Below, piece by piece: positions 48,401-60,129 of a stretch of 64,000 nucleotides of DNA. The stretch is from Hemiscyllium ocellatum (Eukaryota): contig NW_026867602.1 in the NCBI RefSeq assembly GCF_020745735.1, forward strand, positions 682,001-746,000, written 5' to 3'. Below the pieces are notes generated by a model, which had not been told where the DNA came from, made no database searches, and saw nothing but the letters and a program-made list of their open reading frames with translations. The position numbers were made by a program, and so were the translations under genes. Each line of letters opens with the position of its first letter. Position 1 is the first letter of the stretch.

Positions 48401-49692
48401 AAAGGCATTGAGTGTTCTTGTCTTCAGTGCGTGTGGAATGAACTTCCCTGAGGGAATAGGAGAGGGATAGGGGCTAGGAGCAGGCAAGTGGGGCTAGCTC
48501 AGTCTGGAGACGTGGTCAGGGCGGACTAGATGGGCCGAAGGGTTTGTTTCCGTGCCGCATGACCCTACGACTCTTTCTGGACAGTATCCAGGCTCAGGCT
48601 GACAAGGGGCAGCCAGACAGGGGCCAGGCAATACCTATCGCCAACGAGGGAGAGTCTAACCATCGCCCTCATGGTGTTCAATGGCGTTACCATCACTGAG
48701 TCCCCCTCCCCCCCCACTATCAATATCCTGGGGGTTACCGTCTCCAACAAGAGAGAGTCCAACCATCGCTCCCCTTGACGTTCAATGGTGTCACCGTCAT
48801 TAATCCCTCTCCCCCCAATATCAACATCCTGGGGGTTACTGTTGAGCAGAAACTGAACCATCCCCAGCCCCATATCAATCCAGCGGCTACAGGAGCAGGT
48901 CAGAGGCTGGGAGTCCTGCAGCGAGTAACTCCCCTCCTGACTCTCCCCCCAAAGCCCTGTCCCACCATCGGGTCAGAGGCTGGGAATCCTGCAGCGAGTA
49001 ACTCCCCTCCTGACTCTCCCCCCAAAGCCCTGTCCCACCATCGGGTCAGAGGCTGGGAATCCTGCAGCGAGTAACTCCCCTCCTGACTCTCCCCCCAAAG
49101 CCCTGTCCCACCATCGGGTCAGAGGCTGGGAATCCTGCAGCGAGTAACTCCCCTCCTGACTCTCCCCCAAAGCCCTGTCCCACCATCGGGTCAGAGGCTG
49201 GGAATCCTGCAGCGAGTAACTCCCCTCCTGACTCTCCCCCAAAGCCCTGTCCCACCATCGACAAGGCACGAGGCAGGAGGGTGAGGGAATACTCCCCACT
49301 TGCCCTGGACGGGGGCAGCTCCAACAACACTCGAGAAGCTCAACACAGTCCAGGGACAGAGCAACCCCCACCCCCTCCCACTTGGTGTGATGCTGCGTTA
49401 ATGCTTTAGGACCGTTGTCCCTTTAAGAAGCCAAAGTGCTGACCATAATTGGCTTTTCGCAAAGGTCCTTCCAAATTCCCACTGGGACAAATAATCCTCT
49501 GTGTTTTTAATTCCAATAGAACCAGAAACCACGAATGTCTGGGAAGGATCTGTCCAGGATTCAGCTCAACTGGCGGTGTTAGCCTGTGGGCTATTGGTCG
49601 GGATCCTGGGAGTGATAGCTGGGATCATCCTGTGCGTCTGGACGCCGGCTGGGGTTAGCTGGAGGGGGTTAACCTGCAGCTCTGCCTGGTGA
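45497..49692 (+). CDS. WA: MHC W-category-like alpha chain (WA-2), partial: leader not found
   Basis: alpha1 45497-45757 DRWRLWLGCY...PLIYYD...VTNHSSGPI; alpha2 47163-47444 EVGEVFLY...LVCLVTGLFPPSVSVSLHLDG...SKAFFGEDWRFWAL...YSCAVRH; TM/tail 49520-49692 LACGLLVGILGVIAGIILC...stop; AATAAA 50999-51004. Confidence 0.8.
46838..48073 (+). promoter_or_regulatory. ~217-bp direct repeat (46838-47054, 47857-48073) with RFX X-box-like palindromes flanking the WA-2 alpha2 exon
   Basis: GTTGCCACGGGAAC at 46934-46947 and GTTGCCAAGGGAAC at 47953-47966, each followed ~31 nt later by ATTGG. The repeat is certain; regulatory function is inferred. Confidence 0.4.
48900..49260. repeat. ~72-bp tandem repeat in WA-2 intron before the TM exon
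   Basis: Unit GGGTCAGAGGCTGGGAATCCTGCAGCGAGTAACTCCCCTCCTGACTCTCCCCCAAAGCCCTGTCCCACCATC, ~5 copies. Confidence 0.9.
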
Positions 49693-49919
49693 CAGCGCTC
49701 AGATTCTGTCTGAAGAGACTTCGCCAGAGGGTATGCCTCCCAGCCTGCCCTGCCCCCCCCCCCCCCCCCACCCCCCCCCTCACCCCCACTCCCCCTCCCC
49801 CCCTCACCCCCACTCCCCCTCGCTCCCCCTCCCCTACCCTGCAGCCCCCTCTCCCAGGGTCATGAACGCTAGGTCTGATGGAGTGTCACTCTCTGTCCTC
49901 AGTTAGGGTTGTGGATATG

Positions 49920-50730
49920 GACAGGGTTAGAGTAGGGGTCAGGGTTAGGGTCAGGGTCAGGGTTAGGGTCAAGGGTCAGAGTCAGGGTTAGGTTCAGGGT
50001 TAGCGTTCGGGTCAGGGTGAGGATGAAGGTTAGCGTTACGGTCATGGTCAGGGTTAGGGTTAGGGTTAAAGTCAGGGTCAGGGTTAGGGTTAGGGTCAGG
50101 GTCAGGGTTAGGGTTAAAGTCGGGGTCAGGGTTAGGGTCAGGGTCAGGGCCAGGGTTAGGGGTTAAAGTCGGGGTTAGGGTTAGGGGTCAGGGTCAGGGT
50201 TAAAGTAGGGGTTAGGGTCAGGGTTAGGATTAGGGGTTAGGGTCAGGGTCAGGGTCAGGGTTAGGGTTAAAGTAGGGGTTAGGGTTAGGATTAGGATTAG
50301 GGGTTAGGGTTAGGGTCGGGGTTAGGGTCAGGGTTAGGGTCAGAATTAAAGTAGGGGTCAGGGTTAGGATTAGGGTCAGGGTGAGGTTAAGGTTTAGGGT
50401 TAGTGTGATGTTTAGGTTCAGGGTTAGGGTTGGGTTAGGGATAGGGTTCAGGTAGAGGTTAGGGTTTGGGTTAGGGTTAGGGTTTGGGTTAGGGTTAGAG
50501 TTTGGGTAGAGGTCAGGTTCTGGGTTAGGGTTAGGGTTAGGGTTAGGGTTAAGGATAAGGTTAGAGTTAGGGTTAGGGTCAGGTTCTGGGTTAGGGTTAG
50601 AATCAGGGTCAGCGTTTGGATTAGGGTTTGGGTAAAAGTCAGGGTTAGGGTTTGGATTAAGGTTAGGTTCAGGGTTCGGATGAGGGTTAGGTTTCAGGTC
50701 ACGGACAGGGTGAGGGTGAGGGTTAGGATC
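49920..50730 (+). repeat. Degenerate telomere-like (GGGTTA/GGGTCA)n array
   Basis: Runs of GGGTTA mixed with GGGTCA and GGATTA variants over ~800 bp. Confidence 0.85.
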
Positions 50731-51499
50731 AGAATGTGGAATATACTGGGATTTGTCTGAACCTCAGACAGGACGGAGGATCTGCCCAAGACCCTGAATG
50801 GTTAATCCTGCCCTGTCTCCCCTCACCCAGCCAGCCCCATCCTAACTGTATCCCATCAGTCACCATCCAATCTCTGGGCTGGTCTCCCCTAACACACACC
50901 AGTGTGTGAGATGGATGAGGCCGGGCGTTGACTCTGAGCCGAGCTGAACGATGAAGCAGAGACATTTTGTGATGGTGGAGGTTACTGTGGGCACTTTAAA
51001 TAAAAATACCTTGTTGCACACTTTGGAACGGGAGTGAGGTTTGTCTTACTCGGAGAATCTGAGATTTAGCAAACACCTGAACCCAAAACTCGGGGAACTA
51101 TAGACCAGTGAGCCAGTCAGCAGGGGTGGGACAGGATTCACATTTACAGATTATCCAAATGGGACGGACGGGGAGTATTTAGTTTGAATAACAGATCTGA
51201 TCTTAAACGAAGGGAGCTATAATGAATATAATAACGTAAATACCATGTTTACAGAGTTCATTTTTCATTCAATTGGTTAAAAAGTAGACAAACACCAGAT
51301 ATTGCTTCCAAGTTCATGATATTTTACAAATTAAATCACTTTCTGGCTAGAGTTTGACTGAGGTCTGTGAAGCGTTTCGCTCACATCTTACTCGGTTTTA
51401 TCCAAGTCCTAGAACAACACCAGCCACCTTTCTGTTCGCGTCATACCCCCGTCCAGACTAACCTGGTGCTGACCCTCTCGCCTCAGCGACCGTCAAGCC

Positions 51500-51550
<51 letters not shown>

Positions 51551-52254
51551 GGAAATCAGCCAGGGTTCCTGCTCCTGATCACTGCCCAGTGCTCCCTGGG
51601 TTAGAGAGAGAGAGAGAGGGAGAGAGGGAGAGAGGAGGCGCAAAATACAGGGTAGACATGAGAGAGAGAGAAGATGGTCTCGCTGAGTTCAGTTTCCGTC
51701 CCCTCATCAATTCTGTCTGAGTTTGGAGGGGAGGAACGTTTTCCTCCTGTCAAAAAGTGACATGAAATTGTCTTGTCGGCTGCAAGAGATTTCGGCTCGG
51801 AAAAAGACCCGATTTGCGATGGGATAACAGGAGATTAAAGCAAGGGACACTGAAATGCAAGCACATTTTCTGACTGGACTCTCCTGAGAATGAGCTGAGG
51901 CAAACCGTTGTTGGGTTTGCACATCAGAACAAAGTCGCTGTTGAGAGGGAATCTTGCTCGTATGTTGTTCTTGTGTGTTCATAGTCACAGTGTTTTGTAC
52001 TCAGTGTCAGAGAGCTCTTTATATAAAAAGGATAAGACTTCACTCTAACGTCACGTCTCGAGTACATATTTGAAGGTAGTTATTTATTAAACAGCACTTG
52101 CATCTATATTCCTGTTCACGATTACAGAACGAAGCATGGAGAATAGAATTTTCCTGTTTCCGTTGAAATGCATGCACTTTGCGATCTCCTTTTCGGATAA
52201 TCCGAAATCTGGATAATTGATGTTCGGATAACTGAGGTTGTTCGTATTTAGAAA

Positions 52255-53295
52255 GGCAAGGACTGATTCGGGAGAGTCAACATGGCTTTGTGCGTGGGAA
52301 ATCATGTCTCACAAACTTGATTGAGTTTTTTGAGGAAGTAACAAAGAGGATTGATGAGGACAGAACGGTAGATGTGATCTATATAGACTTCAGTAAGGTG
52401 TTTGACAAGGTTCCCCATGGGAGACTGGTGAGCAAGGTTAGATCTCATGGAATACAGGGAGAACTAGCCATTTGGATACAGAACTGGCTCAAAGGTAGAA
52501 GACAGAGGGTGGTGGTGAAGGGTTGATTTTCAGACTGGAGGCCTGTGACCAGTGGAGTGCCACAAGGATCGGTGCTGGGTCCTCTACTTTTTGTCATTTA
52601 TATAAATGATTTGGATGTGAGCATAAGAGGTACAGTTAGTAAGTCTGCAGATGACACCAAAATTGTCGGTGTAGTGGACAGCGAAGAGGGTTACCTCAGA
52701 TTACAACAGGATCTGGACCAGATGGGCCAATGGGCTGAGAAGGGGCAGATGGAGTTTAATTCAGATAAATGCGAGGTGCTGCATTTTGGGAAAGCAAATC
52801 CTAGCAGGACTTATCCACTTAATGGTAAGGTCCTGGGGAGTGTGGCTGAACAAAGAGACCTTGGAGTGCAGGTTCATAGCTCTTTGATGGGACATGGATA
52901 GGGTAAATAGACAAGGTCTTTTCCCCCTGGGGTGGGGGAGTCCAGAACTAGAGGTTTATAAAATCATGAGGGGGACATGGATAGGGTAAATAGACAAGGT
53001 CTTTACCCCCCTGGGGTGGGGGGAGTCCAGAACTAGAGGGGAACAGGTTTAAGGTGAGAGGGGGGGAAAGGGACCTGAGGGGCAACTTTTCCCCCTAGAG
53101 GGTAGTGCGTGTGTGGAACGAGCTGCCAGAGGGGGGCTGGTACAATGACAACATTTAAAAGGATGGGGGGGGGAAATGGATAGGAAGGGTTTAGAGGGAG
53201 ATGGGCCAAGGGCTGGGGAACGGGGACTGGATTAATTTCGGATCTCTGGGTCAGCACGGACGGGTTGGGCCAAAGGGTCTGTTTCCCTGCTGTAC
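52255..53295 (+). mobile_element. CR1-type LINE fragment (RT domain)
   Basis: SCLTNLIEFFEEVT...YIDFSKVFDKVPH; SGVPQGSVLGPLLFVIYINDLD...ADDTK. Confidence 0.88.
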
Positions 53296-53991
53296 GTCTG
53301 AGATCCTGATGGGGTCTGGGGGGAGATGTTGGCAGAGATTCGAAATGGAAGGAGGGGTGGGTGCAGGGGGGGGGGGGGGGGGGGGGGGTCACTGATTACA
53401 AGAGAAATCGATTCTCTCAAATTCATGAAATGAGGGTTGGGGGTGGGGTCCCACACTTTGAGTGTTTGTGGGGGAGAAGGGGTGAGCCGGGATGGGTCGG
53501 TCTTCGAGCCTCTAGAACCTTCTCTGTGCTGAGTATCAGCCACCCCATCCCCCTCACCCCCCCGCCCCCACCCCTTCACAGGAGGGAAGGGTTTTCTGGG
53601 TCAGGAGGGAGATGAAGAGGGTGCTTCCCATTGGTGGAAGGATGGAGAATCGAGGGGGCGGGAGATTGGGGTGCGGGGACTCAGACTGTTATTCGAGGGG
53701 CGAAGGTGGGGTTGGGTGGGGTGCGTGGAGGGTGGGGCTGCGTGAGCTAGTACAGAGACACCGGGCAGAGCGGCCTCCATCGTTGTGACAATGATCACCT
53801 TCCAGCCAAAGCCACCTGCGCTCTCCCTCCAGCCGGGTCCTGAGGGCAAGACAGGTAAAAGGGGGGGTCAAAGGGGATGGGATTGTCCAGGAGGGGGCCA
53901 GCTCAATGTGCCCCCTTTCCCCCCCACCCCAACGTTTCCCAGCTCATCCCTCAGTGAGGGGCAGTGGGGCCAATAGAGACGGCAGTGAGGA

Positions 53992-56900
53992 TAGAGAGGG
54001 TCAGGGGGGTATATAGAGAGGGACGGTGGGGTATATAGAGAGGGACGGTGGGGTATATAGAGAGGGACGGTGGGGTATATAGAGAGGGAGGGTGGGGTAT
54101 ATAGAGAGGGACGGTGGGGTATATAGAGAGGGAGGGTGGGGTATGTAGAGAGGGAGAGTGGGGTATATAGAGAGGGAGGGTGGGGTATATAGAGAGGGAC
54201 AGCGGGGTATATAGAGAGGGAGGGTGGGGTATATAGAGAGGGACGGTGGGGTATATAGAGAGGGACGGTGGGGTATATAGAGAGGGAGGGTGGGGTATAT
54301 AGAGAGGGAGGGTGGGGTATATAGAGAGGGACAGTGGGGTATATAGAGAGGGACGGTGGGGTATATAGAGAGGGACAGTGGGGTATATAGAGAGAGACGG
54401 TGGGGTATATAGTGAGGGACGGTGGGGTATATAGAGAGGGACAGTGGGGTATATAGACAGGGACGGTGGGGTATATAGAGAGGGACGGTGGGGTATATAG
54501 AGAGGGACAGTGGGGTATATAGAGAGGGACAGTGGGGTATATAGTGAGGGACGGTGGGGTATATAGACAAGGACGGTGGGGTATATAGAGAGGGACAGTG
54601 GGGTATATAGAGAGGGACAGCGGGGTATATAGAGAGGGACAGCGGGGTATATAGAGAGAGACGGTGGGGTATATAGAGAGGGACGGTGGGGTATATAGAG
54701 AGGGACGGTGGGGTATATAGAGAGGGACAGTGGGGTATATAGAGAGGGACGGTGGGGTATATAGAGAGGGACAGTGGGGTATATAGTGAGGGACGGTGGG
54801 GTATATAGACAAGGACGGTGGGGTATATAGAGAGGGACAGTGGGGTATATAGAGAGGGTCGGTGGGTTATATAGAGAGGGACGGTGGGGTATATAGAGAG
54901 GGACAGTGGGGTATATAGAGAGAGACGGTGGGGTATATAGAGAGGGACGGTGGGGTATATAGAGAGGGACAGTGGGGTATATAGAGAGGGACGGTGGGGT
55001 ATATAGAGAGGGACAGTGGGGTATATAGAGAGGGACAGCGGGGTATATAGAGAGGGACAGCGGGGTATATAGAGAGAGACGGTGGGGTATATAGAGAGGG
55101 ACGGTGGGGTATATAGAGAGGGACAGTGGGGTATATAGAGAGGGACGGTGGGGTATATAGAGAGGGACGGTGGGGTATATAGAGAGGGACAGCGGGGTAT
55201 ATAGAGAGGGACAGCGGGGTATATAGAGAGAGACGGTGGGGTATATAGAGAGGGACGGTGGGGTATATAGAGAGGGACAGTGGGGTATATAGAGAGGGAC
55301 GGTGGGGTATATAGAGAGGGACAGTGGGGTATATAGAGAGGGACGGTGGGGTATATAGAGAGGGACAGTGGGGTATATAGAGAGGGACAGTGGGGTATAT
55401 AGTGAGGGACGGTGGGGTATATAGACAAGGACGGTGGGGTATATAGAGAGGGACAGTGGGGTATATAGAGAGGGTCGGTGGGTTATATAGAGAGGGACGG
55501 TGGGGTATATAGAGAGGGACAGTGGGGTATATAGACAGGGACGGTGGGGTATATAGAGAGGGACGGTGGGGTATATAGAGAGGGACGGTGGGGTATATAG
55601 AGAGGGACTGTGGGGTATATAGAGAGGGACGGTGGGGTATATAGAGAGGGACAGTGGGGTATATAGAGAGGGACAGTGGGGTAAATAGAGAGGGACGGTG
55701 GGGTATATAGAGAGGGACAGTGGGGTATATAGAGAGGGACGGTGGGGTATATAGTGAGGGACGGTGGGGTATATAGACAAGGACGGTGGGGTATATAGAG
55801 AGGGACAGTGGGGTATATAGAGAGGGTCGGTGGGTTATATAGAGAGGGACGGTGGGGTATATAGAGAGGGACAGTGGGGTATATAGAGAGAGACGGTGGG
55901 GTATATAGAGAGGGACGGTGGGGTATATAGAGAGGGACAGTGGGGTATATAGAGAGGGACAGTGGGGTATATAGAGAGGGAGGGTTTGGTATATAGAGAG
56001 GGACGGTGGGGTATATAGAGAGGGACGGTGGGGTATATAGTGAGGGACAGTGGGATATATAGAGAGGGACAGTGGGGTATATAGAGAGGGACAGCGGGGT
56101 ATATAGAGAGGGACAGCGGGGTATATAGAGAGAGACGGCGAGGTATATAGAGAGGGAGGGTGGGGTATATAGAGAGGGACGGTGGGGTATATAGAGAGGG
56201 ACGGTGGGGTATATAGAGAGGGACGGTGGGGTATATAGAGAGGGACAGTGGGGTATATAGAGAGGGACGGTGGGGTATATAGAGAGGGACAGTGGGGTAT
56301 ATAGAGAGGGACAGTGGGGTATATATAGAGGGACAGTGGGGTATATAGAGAGGGACGGTGGGGTATATAGAGAGGGACGGTGGGGTATATAGAGAGGGAC
56401 GGTGGGGTATATAGTGAGGGACGGTGGGGTATATAGACAAGGACGGTGGGGTATATAGAGAGGGACAGTGGGGTATATAGAGAGGGTCGGTGGGTTATAT
56501 AGAGAGGGACGGTGGGGTATATAGAGAGGGACAGTGGGGTATATAGAGAGAGACGGTGGGGTATATAGAGAGGGACGGTGGGGTATATAGAGAGGGACAG
56601 TGGGGTATATAGAGAGGGACGGTGGGGTATATAGAGAGGGACAGTGGGGTATATAGAGAGGGACAGTGGGGTATATATAGAGGGACAGTGGGGTATATAG
56701 AGAGGGACGGTGGGGTATATAGAGAGGGACGGTGGGGTATATAGAGAGGGACGGTGGGGTATATAGTGAGGGACGGTGGGGTATATAGACAAGGACGGTG
56801 GGGTATATAGAGAGGGACAGTGGGGTATATAGAGAGGGTCGGTGGGTTATATAGAGAGGGACGGTGGGGTATATAGAGAGGGACGGTGGGGTATATAGAG

Positions 56901-59900
56901 AGGGACAGTGGGGTATATAGACAGGGACGGTGGGGTATATAGAGAGGGACGGTGGGGTATATAGAGAGGGACGGTGGGGTATATAGAGAGGGACTGTGGG
57001 GTATATAGAGAGGGACGGTGGGGTATATAGAGAGGGACAGTGGAGTATATAGAGAGGGACAGTGGGGTATATAGAGAGGGACGGTGGGGTATATAGAGAG
57101 GGACAGTGGGGTATATAGAGAGGGACGGTGGGGTATATAGTGAGGGACGGTGGGGTATATAGACAAGGACGGTGGGGTATATAGAGAGGGACAGTGGGGT
57201 ATATAGAGAGGGTCGGTGGGTTATATAGAGAGGGACGGTGGGGTATATAGAGAGGGACAGTGGGGTATATAGAGAGAGACGGTGGGGTATATAGAGAGGG
57301 ACGGTGGGGTATATAGAGAGGGACAGTGGGGTATATAGAGAGGGACGGTGGGGTATATAGAGAGGGACAGTGGGGTATATAGAGAGGGACGGTGGGGTAT
57401 ATAGAGAGGGACGGTGGGGTATATAGAGAGGGACGGTGGGGTATATAGTGAGGGACAGTGGGATATATAGAGAGGGACAGTGGGGTATATAGAGAGGGAC
57501 AGCGGGGTATATAGAGAGGGACAGCGGGGTATATAGAGAGAGACGGCGGGGTATATAGAGAGGGAGGGTGGGGTATATAGAGAGGGACGGTGGGGTATAT
57601 AGAGAGGGACAGTGGGGTATATAGAGAGGGACGGTGGGGTATATAGAGAGGGACAGTGGGGTATATAGAGAGGGACGGTGGGGTATATAGAGAGGGACAG
57701 TGGGGTATATAGAGAGGGACGGTGGGGTATATAGAGAGGGACAGTGGGGTATATAGAGAGGGACGGTGGGGTATATAGTGAGGGACAGTGAGGTATATAG
57801 AGAGGGACAGTGGGGTATATAGAGAGGGACAGTGGGGTATATAGAGAGGGACGGTGGGGTATATAGAGAGGGACAGTCGGGTATATAGAGAGGGACAGTG
57901 GGGTCTATAGAGAGGGACGGTGGGGTATATAGAGAGGGACAGTGGGGTATATAGACAGGGACAGTGGGATATATAGAGAGGGACAGTGGGGTATATAGAG
58001 AGGGACAGTGGGGTATATAGAGAGGGACGGTGGGGTATATAGAGAGGGACAGTGGGGTATATAGACAGGGACAGTGGGGTATATAGAGAGGGACGGTGGG
58101 GTATATAGAGAGGGACGGTGGGGTATATAGAGAGGGACAGCGGGGTATATAGAGAGGGACGGTGGGGTATATAGAGAGGGACGGTGGGGTATATAGAGAG
58201 GGACGGTGGGGTATATAGAGAGGGACGGTGGGATATATAGAGAGGGACGGTGGGGTATATAGAGAGGGACGGTGGGGTATATAGAGAGGGAGGGTGGGGT
58301 ATATAGAGAGGGACGGTGGGGTATATAGAGAGGGAGGGTGGGGTATATAGAGAGGGAGGGTGGGGTATATAGAGAGGGAGGGTGGGGTATATAGACAGGG
58401 ACGGTGGGGTATATAGAGAGGGAGGGTGGGGTATATAGAGAGGGACGGTGGGGTATATAGAGAGTGACGGTGGGGTATATAGAGAGGGACGGTGGGGTAT
58501 ATAGACAGGGACGGTGGGGTATATAGAGAGGGACGGTGGGGTATATAGACAGGGACAGTGGGGTATATAGACAGGGACAGTGGGGTATGTAGACAGGGAC
58601 AGTGGGGTATATAGACAGGGACGGTGGGGTATATAGAGAGGGACGGTGGGGTATATAGAGAGGGACGGTGGGGTATATAGACAGGGACAGTGGGGTATAT
58701 AGAGAGGGACAGTGGGGTATATAGAGAGGGACAGTGGGGTATATAGAGGGGGACGGTGGGGTATATAGAGGGGGACGGTGGGGTATATAGAGGGGGACAG
58801 TGGGGTATATAGAGAGGGACAGTGGGGTATATAGAGGGGGACAGTGGGGTATATAGACAGGGACGGTGGGGTATATAGACAGGGACAGTGGGGTATGTAG
58901 AGAGGGACGGTGGGGTATATAGAGAGGGACAGTGGGGTATATAGAGAGGGACAGTGGGGTATGTAGAGAGGGACGGTGGGGTATATAGAGAGGGACGGTG
59001 GGGTATATAGAGAGGGACAGTGGGGTATATAGAGAGGGACAGTGGGGTATATAGACAGGACAGTGGGGCATATAGACAGGGACAGTGGGGTATATAGACA
59101 GGGATGGTGGGGTATATAGAGGGATGGTGAGGTATATAGAGGGACAGTGGGGCATATAGAGGGGGTGATGGGGTACATAGAGAGGGACAGTGGGGTATAT
59201 AGAGGGCAGTGTGGTATATGGAGGGTGACAGTGGGGTATATAAAGGGACCGTGGGGTATATAGACAGGGATGGTGGGGTATATAGAGATGGATGGTGAGG
59301 TATATAGAGGGACAGTGGGGCATATAGAGGGGGTGATGGGGTATATAGAGAGGGACAGTGTGGTATGTAGAGGGTGACAGTGGGGTATATAGAGGGACAG
59401 TGGGTATATAGTCAGGGTAGTGGGGTACATAGACAGGGCTGTGGCGTATGTAGAGGGGGCAGTGGGGTATATAGGGGGACAGTGGGTATATAGTCAGGGT
59501 AGTGGGGTACATAGACAGGGCTGTGGCGTATGTAGAGGGGGCAGTGGGGTATATAGACAGGGCAGTGGGATATATAGACAGGGCAATGGGGTATATAGAT
59601 AGGGCAGTGCGGTATATAGAGAGCAGTGGGGTATATAGAGGGCAATGGGGTATATAGAGTGACGGTGGGGTATATAGAGAGCAGTGGGGTATATAGAGAG
59701 GGCAGTGGGTTACATAGAGGGCAATGGGGTATATAGAGTGATGGTGGGGTATATAGAGAGGGCAGTGTGTTATATAGACAGGGCAATGGGGTATATAGAC
59801 AGGGCAGTGGGGCATATAGACAAGGCAATGGGATATATGGAGAGGGCAGTGGGGTATATAGAGGGCAGTGGGGCATATAGACAGGGCGGTGGGGTATATA

Positions 59901-59905
59901 GAGGG
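53992..59905. repeat. 22-bp minisatellite array, ~5.9 kb
   Basis: Unit ATATAGAGAGGGAC(G/A)GTGGGGT; homogeneous until ~59050, then degenerate; source of the 1315-aa pseudo-ORF. Confidence 0.97.
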
Positions 59906-60129
59906 TAGGCCAAGGTGGGTCAGGGAGGGGTATTTGCCCCAGGCCTTGATTGGGCCGAAGAGCCTCATTCTCCTTCTAGCCCTGAAACCAGGCGCTTCCA
60001 GACCAGATGGAGCCTGGTCTGTGTGGGTATGGTGGATATCCTGAACACACGCGGGCCGAAGGGCTCCTCACTCCCATGCCACGGGAGGAGGGCAGATCCA
60101 GCCTTGGGTGGGTGGAGGAGGAGCTCACC

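Noticed and set aside
53760-53860. Additional MHC leader or TM exon
   Set aside because: No frame gives a signal peptide or a Gly-motif TM helix.
53868-59968. ORFs of 300-1315 aa (YIPH/SLSIYP repeats)
   Set aside because: Stop-free reading of a 22-bp minisatellite in all three minus frames.
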